From assembly GCA_965214095.1 (NCBI GenBank), contig OZ243938.1, positions 2,656,001 through 2,720,000 on the forward strand: 64,000 bases of DNA, read 5' to 3'. Of the stretch, positions 31,936-41,104 are shown in pieces (the stretch's first letter is position 1; each line of letters starts with the position of its first letter). The position numbers and the translations under genes are program-made. Below the pieces are notes generated by a model that worked only from the letters and a program-made list of their open reading frames with translations, did not search any database and was not told the origin of the DNA. This DNA is from Candidatus Poribacteria bacterium (GTDB lineage: Bacteria; Poribacteria; WGA-4E; WGA-3G).

Positions 31936-34900
31936 TTAACTTTCTCTTTCCTCTTCAATTCTTGCGTGTTCAATGTAGTGATCTAATGCCTCCACATATT
32001 GATCAACCCACTGTTTAACAACTTGATTGTCTTCACTGTTCTTTATATTCAACATCTTCTGTTTAATTGTATCATAGTGAAAACTTGCAGACCCTGCACA
32101 CACACCTTCCGGAAAATTCGCCATCAACGAGCGTCTGACATCATCTCGTGTCCCATATCGTTTTAGGACTGATCGGACGAGAGAAGTTGACCATTCATTT
32201 TCATCGTAGGTTTTAGGTACAAGTCTACGGGCAAGAATGTAGGCATGTTTTTCCACGTCTCTATCAACCCATTCCCATATTCTTTGACGTGGAAATAGGG
32301 TTAATGCCCCCTTTCCTTTTTCTGTTTCTGATATATCCCCTTCTCTTAACCATCGATCTAAAGAAAGTTGCTTTGAAAAAGCTTTCTGTTTCTCTAAGTG
32401 TTCTAAGCGTAGACATACGAGTTCCCATGTTTTTTCAGGTTGTTGTCTGCTTATTTTTGACAGAACCAAGGCTGGACTTGGATCAAATCCACCTACAATA
32501 GTGCCTTCTGCTCCAAAGTGAGAAAGCATTATATCTGCCAATTCTAAACTTCTCTCAGGATAGAATTGCAGAAATGCGTTCGCTATTCCTGACCAATAGT
32601 AATCTGTCATAGTATCATATCTATATCCTTTTGATTCTTCAAATAGCAATGGGTGTGTGAGTATTTGGAATGTAAAATCACATGGTAGTGTTTGCTTTGA
32701 TTTTTCAGGAAAGAAGTAACAGAAGTAAAGATTTAATACAGTTGAAATAGCGGATTTTTCTGGAACATTTAACAGGAACTCAATCCATGCTTTGAACACT
32801 TCATAGGATAAACTTTCAATCGTTTTGCCATAAACGAAAATTCGAAAATGTTTGATGTTGATGATTCCTTGTGTCGCAAGCTTAAGAATACGCAAACCTG
32901 CCCTATCTGTCAAATCAGAACGAAGTGTAATATCTGGAATTAGCAGATTTAGCGTGCAATCTTCAACTAACTCATCAAGCTGTTCTTCCCATTCTGCAAT
33001 ATTGTTTTCAAATAATGTTCGAAAATAACCACCCAGAAGATAGCTACTTGCATTGTCACCTGCGTTTCGTTGGGCATCAAGAAGCATCGGTAGAAGCGTG
33101 AGATTCTTATCTTTCTTCCCAAGTTCATACCCAAATTTATCACCATTCTTAGCTTCAGTAGTTACAAGCCATGGAAGTTCTGAATGTAAAAGAGAAGAAT
33201 CTTTAACGGATTGTTGAGCGAGTTTTTCAAGATACGGTTGGATACGATCAATACCCTCTCTGCCTTTCTCAATTTGGTCTTCAACCAGATCCATACCAAC
33301 ATACCGTTGCATTTGGGAATGATAATCAGCATCAATCAATCCATCTCTTATTTTTTCAAAACGTTGACGCACTTCAGTGGGTAGTCCTTTATTCTCAACA
33401 TAAGAATTATCATGAAACAAGATTTTGCTAATAATTTCAATGACCTGTTTTTCGCTTGCATATTTCTTTTCGGTTATTGTTTCAACCGTAATTACAATCA
33501 TATTACCTAAAGCGGGTATTCTTCCAAGCGAACCTGCACGCCCAAGCAGAATGCCTACTGCTTCTTCACGTTCATCATCGGGTAAATGTTCTAATTGTTC
33601 TGATAGAAGTTGCCATACTTGGCGATAGGTATCCCACCATTCTGGGTATGTCTTAGGTTCCCAAAGTTTAGGTGGCTTACGTAATCCTTGAAATCTTCCA
33701 TTCGTTGATCGTGAGAAATATTCTGATTGTAAAGCAGCATTGCAAGCTTTTAATGCCAGGGCACGACGATCTTCTGAATCAGATTCAAACGTCTCTCTTA
33801 AGATCTGTAACCGTTCTAATGGATGGGCTTCAGTGGGGGCAACTCTTCCAGGACCTGGTGAAAAGAGTTCAGCAAATATGCCGCTGGCATTGTTCGAATA
33901 ACCTTCATTTTCTGCTTCACCAAGGGCAAGAAGTAATCTCGCTGCATCGGCAAACAACTCATTATATACGGCTATCTTTTCAAGTGCCCATACAATATAT
34001 CTACGCCCCTCTCTGAATTGTAAAAGTGTTTCTTTATCGTATGTCCCTAAGGTTCTCATAAGACATCTTAGCGCATATTTTGGATTCGCTTCAGTCAGTA
34101 CTGAAAAAAAATTGCTGCCCAACCTTGTATTTAGGAATTCGTCATCCACAAAAGGACCGTTCGGTCCGAGAAGATCCTTAACAATTCTTGATGCTGCATC
34201 TGACTCAGCTGCATACTGGAACATCTCATAAAACCACTCAACTAACTTTGGGGTTAAAGTCTGGCGAAATCTTTCAAAGTGAAATCCCTTTCCACGCCGA
34301 TCCCACCATTGCGACCACAACTTTATATGAAGTGCTTTTGGCGTAATATATAGGGTAAACTCACCTTGAAGGATTTTACGTTCCCTTAGTTCATAGACGA
34401 TTTCTTGGAACCTATCCCATGTGATTTGCGGATTAGCGTCTTCAATCATTTTGGAGATGACTTTAGCCTCATTGATAACAGGGCCTTCATAACCGAAACA
34501 CTTAAATAGTGCAAGATGCTGTAGTACTATTCGTCGTTGTTCAGTCTTTTCACTTTGTAATGCATCTCCTGCCGCGATATATCTCTCCCAGATATTGACT
34601 GTTGCAGGTGGTTTGAGTACATCTTCTGGATTATTCGTTAAGTTCCAGCCAATAATATGGGCTACCCTCGGGGAACCATCACAGAGCGTTGACCAACGGT
34701 CTGCTTGGTCTGGAGGTATCATATATTCCTGAATGAAGATATTACGAATCTGTTCATTTTCAAGAGGGGGAATAACATGATAAGCAATATCACCAGGTAT
34801 GTCTTCATAATCATTATAGATAGTAATTAATTTTATTCTTGGACTATAATGTTTCAGTTCATTCCATATCCGTGCACGACTGTCCGGATCGCATTCATCT

Positions 34901-35772
34901 ATTACTACGATAGCAGGAAGGTTATCATTAAATCTGAGCTCATTCATTACTGCCCCAGTTTCGATCTGAGAAGGTGATCTAAAATAGAGGACAAGTGGAG
35001 ATAAGTCGTCTGTCCTCGTTGCCTCTAAAACTAACCTTGTTTTTCCGATTCCAGGTTCTCCCCAGACTCTGACATGAATGGGATAATCGTCTCTCCGTAA
35101 ATCATCCTGAATTCTCTGTATTAATTCATTCTGCAAATGACCTTGGACAAATGGAACACGTAGATCAGGATATCGTGACCATCCACCGTGAGTTTGATAT
35201 TGTGCTTCATGAAACCCCTTGAGGTACAGTTCTAATAATGGAAAATCCTGCAGAAAACTGATCAGGATTTCTTGGTTCCATACCTTGATTTTGGGGGTAT
35301 CATATTCACATTGTCCTAAATATTCTATGATGTGTGAATTAGCTTTGTCTAATTGAGACTTTGAAAAGTTAATTCCAGTGCAAACCAAGATGTAAGTGCC
35401 CCCAGCATCAAGACATGTACGAATTCTTAAACCAAGATTTTCCTTATTGATAGGAGTTTTTTCGCCTCCAAAGAGTGCTTTTTGGATCATAGATTTCTGC
35501 CAAGGCTTAAATTCGGCACCAGATTTGACCTGATAGCCGTTTTTTCCAATATCAATTATTTCGCTTTCTGGTATAGATGTGTCCGCATCAACAATAGCAT
35601 CAATTCCTCCATCTGAGGCATCGGTATTAATTGGCGCATCAACTTTACAAGTTCCTGGACCAAGTTTACGCGCTTCTGCCCATAACAGATCTCTAACAAA
35701 TTGCTCGGATTGTGTTGAATTAAGTCTGCCAAGATGTTCTTTCTTAACGGTAGATATATTTTCGTTAATCAT
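31936..35772 (-). CDS. Nuclease-STAND NTPase-helical repeat protein (Avs/AVAST-like antiphage NLR candidate)
   Basis: N-terminal PD-(D/E)XK/Mrr-like 'DGGIDA...GYQVK'; Walker A 'GEPGIGKT'; Walker B 'VVIDEC'; 'GSP'; long helical C-terminus. Confidence 0.7.
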   Translation of the reverse strand: MINENISTVKKEHLGRLNSTQSEQFVRDLLWAEARKLGPGTCKVDAPINTDASDGGIDAIVDADTSIPESEIIDIGKNGYQVKSGAEFKPWQKSMIQKALFGGEKTPINKENLGLRIRTCLDAGGTYILVCTGINFSKSQLDKANSHIIEYLGQCEYDTPKIKVWNQEILISFLQDFPLLELYLKGFHEAQYQTHGGWSRYPDLRVPFVQGHLQNELIQRIQDDLRRDDYPIHVRVWGEPGIGKTRLVLEATRTDDLSPLVLYFRSPSQIETGAVMNELRFNDNLPAIVVIDECDPDSRARIWNELKHYSPRIKLITIYNDYEDIPGDIAYHVIPPLENEQIRNIFIQEYMIPPDQADRWSTLCDGSPRVAHIIGWNLTNNPEDVLKPPATVNIWERYIAAGDALQSEKTEQRRIVLQHLALFKCFGYEGPVINEAKVISKMIEDANPQITWDRFQEIVYELRERKILQGEFTLYITPKALHIKLWSQWWDRRGKGFHFERFRQTLTPKLVEWFYEMFQYAAESDAASRIVKDLLGPNGPFVDDEFLNTRLGSNFFSVLTEANPKYALRCLMRTLGTYDKETLLQFREGRRYIVWALEKIAVYNELFADAARLLLALGEAENEGYSNNASGIFAELFSPGPGRVAPTEAHPLERLQILRETFESDSEDRRALALKACNAALQSEYFSRSTNGRFQGLRKPPKLWEPKTYPEWWDTYRQVWQLLSEQLEHLPDDEREEAVGILLGRAGSLGRIPALGNMIVITVETITEKKYASEKQVIEIISKILFHDNSYVENKGLPTEVRQRFEKIRDGLIDADYHSQMQRYVGMDLVEDQIEKGREGIDRIQPYLEKLAQQSVKDSSLLHSELPWLVTTEAKNGDKFGYELGKKDKNLTLLPMLLDAQRNAGDNASSYLLGGYFRTLFENNIAEWEEQLDELVEDCTLNLLIPDITLRSDLTDRAGLRILKLATQGIINIKHFRIFVYGKTIESLSYEVFKAWIEFLLNVPEKSAISTVLNLYFCYFFPEKSKQTLPCDFTFQILTHPLLFEESKGYRYDTMTDYYWSGIANAFLQFYPERSLELADIMLSHFGAEGTIVGGFDPSPALVLSKISRQQPEKTWELVCLRLEHLEKQKAFSKQLSLDRWLREGDISETEKGKGALTLFPRQRIWEWVDRDVEKHAYILARRLVPKTYDENEWSTSLVRSVLKRYGTRDDVRRSLMANFPEGVCAGSASFHYDTIKQKMLNIKNSEDNQVVKQWVDQYVEALDHYIEHARIEEERES

Positions 35773-35855
35773 TATCTAACTCCAAGTGCTTAATGATAGA
35801 AACAGAATATCATAGGTTTTAGATATATGCCAAGTTCATTTATTTTGTCATTCTA

Positions 35856-37880
35856 CTAATCAGCATTTCCCTCTGCGGTTGCAAAATCTAATACCGGCTC
35901 ACTCTCAACCCGCTTACTCGGCAAACTCAACACCGCTTCCACAATCAATGCCACCAGCATAGCGATGAGGAAAATACGCCAGAGTTCATTCGCTAAGGAG
36001 GAGGTATCCCCAACCTCTACATCTATTCTCCGATATGATATGCCATTAAACAGCGCGTCCACAGCCTCTACTCCGGCAGCTTTAGCAGTATCTTCAGTTT
36101 CACTACGATTCACCGCTACCCAATATGTCTCATCTCGGTAGACACCTGCATGCATGCCACGTTGTGATACAGAAACTGTATCGCCTTCGGGGGCAACTGC
36201 TTTCCACTGTTCCCGATCTGTAAGGGCATCAGGTGCAGCGTCTCGTTGAGATGCCTCAGCCAATGCACGACACCCTTCAGCTAATGCACGTTGCAGCATG
36301 ACATAAAACACCACACCATCACGCTCAAGGGAAGAGTACTGTGCTGTCGGTAACGTACTACAAAAATATGCACCATTACGATCAGTATTTATACGGGTTA
36401 AAAGTGGAATATCAACACCATACCTTGCTAACGTTGTTCCGCTACTCTCAAGGGAACGATAACGATAGGTGCGGAGTTCGTTCAGTGGCAGTGAATCACC
36501 ACTTTCTGCGCGTGCCAATAAATCAGCATCGCTACGCCACCATGAGACATTGAAAAGTTGACCATCACTCGGATTCTGCCAGTCACTCCAACGGGTATCA
36601 TACATATTGTCCCCCGCATTCTGCTGACTCGGTGGGAAGAAAATAACGACCCGTCCATTGTTGACGAAATTCTGAATCTGTTCCGCTACTAATCCGTTAG
36701 GCAAAGCAGCCTGCCAGATCAATAACCCCGTATTTTCCCAGTCGATTTCTCCAACACGGTTCACAGACACCACATCTGCTTGATGTTGGAGTCGAGAATC
36801 TGGTGGTATGTCAAGTGCACGCCTGAATGATTCACCTATGCTTGCATCATCACTGACAATAACCGATCTGCGTACCGGGGGTTCAGAAAATACAAAGTAA
36901 AATCGGTTGTCCAATGGGTTAGCATCACCGGGTAACCCAACAGAACCCCACCCTGAAGTAAGTTCCCCGTCAATTGGGATACGATGTCCTTTTATAGATG
37001 CACCACGCACATCAAGTTCAACTTCCACCACAGAACGAATGTTGTTGACTTCAAACTCAATCGGGACTTGTCGTATTGCGGTAGTGTTGCCTTCAGCACG
37101 AACCATCACATCAAGAATGAGTTCTGCTTCGTTACCGCGTTGCCACCGCAGTACGTTTTGCACTCGGACAGATAAATTGTCCGAAGGTGGCGTTGCATAG
37201 GCAAGCAGGAAATGATGCACACCATCTAATAAGGCAAATTCTTCACGCAATGCATCCCAACGTCCGCTTTCAACAGTCCAATCGCTCTCTTGCAAGTCTG
37301 AACAGAGCCATACGTCTGCGCGTCCAGAATTGTTCGTTTTAAGATAGGTCAGAGCAGTTTCATACATACCCGGTATATTGGAACTGGTTGCAGTCGCTTC
37401 AGTCAATGGCAAACTTAACAGTGCCTTCGGTGAATCTACTTCATGCAGTTGTCCTGTGGCACCGTCAATCAAAATCAAGTGTGTTCCGTAATCTCCTTGT
37501 TCCAGCAATTGCGCGAGTCTTTTTAGTCCAGTAGATCTTTTAGATTCACCAGCCTGCAGGTCTTGTGCTTCCATACTTGCGGATCGGTCAAGCAGAACCA
37601 TAGTTACATCGGGTTTAGCTAAACCAATACTTCCTAACCATCCACCAGATAAGGGGCGGCTTATGGCAAATATTAAGGCAGCGATAGCAAGGGTGCGCAT
37701 GAGTAATATAAGAATGTGACGAATGCGTGCCATACCTCTACTCATGCGTTTCGCAGTCATCAGAAACATCATCGCTGCCCACGGCATAGTTCGGTGCCGT
37801 TGTTGATTGATTAGGTGAATGATGACCGGCAATAACATCAGTGGGAGTGCTATGAGCATTAAAGGTTGTAAAAAATTCAT
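35856..37880 (-). CDS. BatA N-terminal/vWA domain membrane protein
   Basis: 'MNFLQP......LPVIIHLI.......W.AM.FL', MIDAS 'DRSASM', C-terminal TM. Confidence 0.88.
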   Translation of the reverse strand: MNFLQPLMLIALPLMLLPVIIHLINQQRHRTMPWAAMMFLMTAKRMSRGMARIRHILILLMRTLAIAALIFAISRPLSGGWLGSIGLAKPDVTMVLLDRSASMEAQDLQAGESKRSTGLKRLAQLLEQGDYGTHLILIDGATGQLHEVDSPKALLSLPLTEATATSSNIPGMYETALTYLKTNNSGRADVWLCSDLQESDWTVESGRWDALREEFALLDGVHHFLLAYATPPSDNLSVRVQNVLRWQRGNEAELILDVMVRAEGNTTAIRQVPIEFEVNNIRSVVEVELDVRGASIKGHRIPIDGELTSGWGSVGLPGDANPLDNRFYFVFSEPPVRRSVIVSDDASIGESFRRALDIPPDSRLQHQADVVSVNRVGEIDWENTGLLIWQAALPNGLVAEQIQNFVNNGRVVIFFPPSQQNAGDNMYDTRWSDWQNPSDGQLFNVSWWRSDADLLARAESGDSLPLNELRTYRYRSLESSGTTLARYGVDIPLLTRINTDRNGAYFCSTLPTAQYSSLERDGVVFYVMLQRALAEGCRALAEASQRDAAPDALTDREQWKAVAPEGDTVSVSQRGMHAGVYRDETYWVAVNRSETEDTAKAAGVEAVDALFNGISYRRIDVEVGDTSSLANELWRIFLIAMLVALIVEAVLSLPSKRVESEPVLDFATAEGNAD

Positions 37881-37896
37881 AATTTGATCTCAATAA

Positions 37897-38058
37897 TCGG
37901 CTATCAGCCGTCAGTTTTCAGTTTATTTTGCATATAGTTCGTATTTATTTGATTTGCCGTATTAGCAAATTTAGTATATTTATCTTTTTGGGTATTATCT
38001 TTTTTATCGATTTAGGTTTATCTACTTTGAGACAGCCGACTACTGACCGCCAACAGCC
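37897..38058. repeat. Inverted heptamer-repeat arms flanking an AT-rich insert
   Basis: TCGGCTATCAGCCGTCAGTTTTCAG and CAGCCGACTACTGACCGCCAACAGCC are 7-nt periodic and loosely complementary. Confidence 0.45.
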
Positions 38059-38060
38059 AT

Positions 38061-38966
38061 TTACGCACGTTTTTTCGGAGTTCTACTCAGGAGGAATTTC
38101 GCTAATACGTCTCCGTAATCTTCGTCAATACAGATACGATTGTAGTCAATCTCGGTGTCACGGATAACTTCGTTCATGCTCTCAATATACGTTTCAATTG
38201 CACGACGATACTGATCACCGATAATAATTGGATCCGCTAATACGGGTTCACCACCCTCTAAATCAACAAATCGAATGGGACGATCGAACTCAAAATCAAG
38301 TTCGCTTTGCTCCATCAGATGGAAAACTGCTACATCGTGCTTACGGAACCGTAGATGCTCAAAGCAGTTTCTCGCCACTTCAGGGTCAAAGAAGAGATCG
38401 GAAATGATGATAATCAACGCACGTTGTGAGATGCGTTCAGCCGTTTGGTGGAGTACTTCAGCTAACCCTGTTTCACCCGATGGTTCTACAGAACCGAGTT
38501 CATCAAGAACCGCGCTGAGGTGTGTAGCACTCCGCTTGGGTGGGATTTCTTTGTGGAACTGTGTACCTGCACAGTAGAGACCGACTGCATCACCTTGCAT
38601 CGCGGCCATATAGGCTAATGTGCCACCGATACGACGCGCATAGTCAAGTTTGCTCATACCATTATACGCGAATCCCATAGATCCGCTCGTATCAACAATT
38701 AGACATAAACGTAGGTTTGTGTCTGCCTCAAATTCTTTGATGTAGTAGCGATCGTTCCGCGCATAAGCACGCCAATCCAACCTACGGGTGTCATCACCCG
38801 GCACATACTTACGGTACTCCGCAAATTCAAGACTTGAACCGCGAATCGGACTGCGATGTTTACCGGATACGTTCCCGATCATCGGCAACCGAGCATGCAG
38901 TTGTAAAGTTGAGAGACGTTCCAGTACCTTCTGATTGAGATAATCTCGTTTGAGTTGCAGTGCCAT
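38061..38966 (-). CDS. DUF58 domain protein
   Basis: 'G.HRSP.RGSSLEFAEYR.Y.PGDD.RR.DW', 'DTSGSM', 'ISDLF'. Confidence 0.93.
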   Translation of the reverse strand: MALQLKRDYLNQKVLERLSTLQLHARLPMIGNVSGKHRSPIRGSSLEFAEYRKYVPGDDTRRLDWRAYARNDRYYIKEFEADTNLRLCLIVDTSGSMGFAYNGMSKLDYARRIGGTLAYMAAMQGDAVGLYCAGTQFHKEIPPKRSATHLSAVLDELGSVEPSGETGLAEVLHQTAERISQRALIIIISDLFFDPEVARNCFEHLRFRKHDVAVFHLMEQSELDFEFDRPIRFVDLEGGEPVLADPIIIGDQYRRAIETYIESMNEVIRDTEIDYNRICIDEDYGDVLAKFLLSRTPKKRA

Positions 38967-38969
38967 AGT

Positions 38970-39989
38970 TTACCCCTGCTCAGATAACTCTTCAACGAGA
39001 CGTTCAACGATATCTTGGCTTGTGATATTTTCGGATTCGGCAGCAAAGGATGTGATAACGCGGTGTGCAAGTACCGGATTTGCTACTGCGACTACATCTT
39101 CAAGGCGTGCCATGTAACTACCACTAAGTGCTGCACGTGCCTTGGCACCGAGGATAAGATATTGGACTGCACGAGGACCAGCACCCCAAGCGACAAGCGG
39201 TTTCAGCCAATCTGGCGCCGCATCGCTTTTTGGACGTGTACTACGCGCCAAATCAACTGCGAATTCATAGATATGTTCGGATACAGGCACACGACGAACG
39301 AGATTTTGAAACGCTATCACATGATCACCTGTGAGGACATGGTCTAACTCTGGCAAAGACATACCAGTTGTTGTCCGGGCAATTTCAATCTCTTCAGAAC
39401 GATCAGGATAATCCACATCTATTCTAAACATGAATCGGTCTAATTGTGCCTCTGGTAATGGATATGTTCCTTCCTGCTCAATCGGATTTTGCGTAGCTAA
39501 TACAAAGAACGGAGGATCCAACTGATAGGTTCTGCCGATTACTGTTATTTTGTGTTCCTGCATCGCTTCAAGCATCGCTGCTTGTGTTTTGGAAGGAGCG
39601 CGGTTAATCTCATCCGCGAGAATTAGGTTGGCAAAAAGCGGTCCCTTAACAAACTCAAACTCGCGTCTGCCACCGGGTATCTCTTGCAGAATATCAGTAC
39701 CAGTGATGTCCATCGGCATAAGGTCAGGTGTGAACTGAATGCGACTAAACCCCAATGCCATTGTTTCAGCAAACTTTCTTACTAAAAGAGTCTTTGCTAA
39801 TCCGGGGACACCCATAAGGAGCGCATGTCCTTGTGAAAATAGACAGATTGATAAATTCTCTATGACTTGTTCCTGACCGATGATGATTTTGGCAAGTGCT
39901 TCTTTTAACTGGGCGTAGACATCGCGTAATTCATCAATTGCAGCAACGTCATCGGCATCCATTTGGTCAACGTGTTGTGGTGTTTGCAT
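38970..39989 (-). CDS. moxR: MoxR family AAA+ ATPase
   Basis: 'GVPGLAKT', 'RIQFTPDLMPMDI', 'DEINRA', 'ATQNPIEQEGTYPLPEAQLDRF'. Confidence 0.95.
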   Translation of the reverse strand: MQTPQHVDQMDADDVAAIDELRDVYAQLKEALAKIIIGQEQVIENLSICLFSQGHALLMGVPGLAKTLLVRKFAETMALGFSRIQFTPDLMPMDITGTDILQEIPGGRREFEFVKGPLFANLILADEINRAPSKTQAAMLEAMQEHKITVIGRTYQLDPPFFVLATQNPIEQEGTYPLPEAQLDRFMFRIDVDYPDRSEEIEIARTTTGMSLPELDHVLTGDHVIAFQNLVRRVPVSEHIYEFAVDLARSTRPKSDAAPDWLKPLVAWGAGPRAVQYLILGAKARAALSGSYMARLEDVVAVANPVLAHRVITSFAAESENITSQDIVERLVEELSEQG

Positions 39990-40111
39990 TAGAATCCTTT
40001 ATGAATTATGGTTGTTTGAGTTTTTCAATTAAGTTGCGGTCTTTGACTTCTAACGAATATAATTGTCTGCACAAAGATTTATAGATTATAGGATGATAAA
40101 TGTGTATATGT

Positions 40112-40753
40112 TTATGAGGAAGAGTTTTCCTGTAATGTATTCGTGTGCTGTCCATTGCAACTCGCTTGGAAGACAGCATCAATTGCTCCGAATAATTGTG
40201 GTAAATTGTCCATCGTCACACTTGTTCTGTCTCGTATAAAAGCATCTCCAATGAGTTGCCCAAATTGCCACATTGTTCCGTCGCTTACAATACCGTAGAC
40301 ATGTATATCGGGATCGCCATTTATTTTTTGTGCAGCGAGCATCTCCGCGATGCATTGTCCCCAACCCATATCAAAGTCGTTCTTCTTCGCTTCAACAAGG
40401 ATAATCAAGGGGATTCCGACTACAGGAAGTCCTAATTCAGACCTTGTAGCGATAAGATAATCTGGAGTGCCGCTCAGTGTTTCATCATAAGAGATGGCTT
40501 TCTTAATCCAGAGTGCATAGTCTTTTGCGTAGGGTTTGTATACCTCTTTTAATATCGGAAATATAATCGCCTCACATCGTGCTGCCTCAGAGGCATAAAT
40601 ATCAATATGTTGCGTACAAAACTCAAATTCTTCCAAAAATTGTTTTGAAGGGGGACACGAAGCATCATCAATTTGAACAAAATTCTTCACTGCGTATGTG
40701 ATTCTGAACTTTTCAAGCACTTCTGAAATCGTTTTGAAATCACTAAAAGCCAT
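40112..40753 (-). CDS. PD-(D/E)XK-fold protein, HsdR N-terminal-like
   Basis: 'GTPDYLI...VEAKK.DF..GWGQC.AEM.AAQ'; GGAGG RBS before ATG 40753. Confidence 0.7.
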   Translation of the reverse strand: MAFSDFKTISEVLEKFRITYAVKNFVQIDDASCPPSKQFLEEFEFCTQHIDIYASEAARCEAIIFPILKEVYKPYAKDYALWIKKAISYDETLSGTPDYLIATRSELGLPVVGIPLIILVEAKKNDFDMGWGQCIAEMLAAQKINGDPDIHVYGIVSDGTMWQFGQLIGDAFIRDRTSVTMDNLPQLFGAIDAVFQASCNGQHTNTLQENSSS

Positions 40754-40776
40754 GTGTCTATCCTCCAACTTCACAT

Positions 40777-40806
40777 ATTTTAACGTATACCATGTCAATA
40801 TGTCAA
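40777..40806 (-). promoter_or_regulatory. Sigma70-type promoter
   Basis: Minus strand TTGACA-18 nt-TAAAAT. Confidence 0.5.
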
Positions 40807-40886
40807 GGGGTAGCGAAAACCATAATCAATTCAGGAACTAACACTATTTCTAATTGACCACCTTTCATTCAACAAGAAACACGTTT

Positions 40887-40990
40887 GTAGTCGCGCAATT
40901 CATTGCGCCTTGGACATTATTCAACAAGGTCTCTGTGCCCTACGATTTTCCAACTATTAAACATAGCTGGACACAGAGACCCTTACAATT
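40887..40990. repeat. Cluster of decayed REP-like palindromes
   Basis: GTAGTCGCGCAATTCATTGCGC; GGTCTCTGTGCCCTAC ... GGACACAGAGACC. Confidence 0.5.
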
Positions 40991-41104
40991 AATTTATGAG
41001 ATACGTTCTATACTAAACTCATGGTTTTACTACTATATTGCTTATTAAAGACTCCTCTTGACAGGTAAATGGTTGCATAATTCTGTTGTGAATCGTTGAA
41101 ATAA

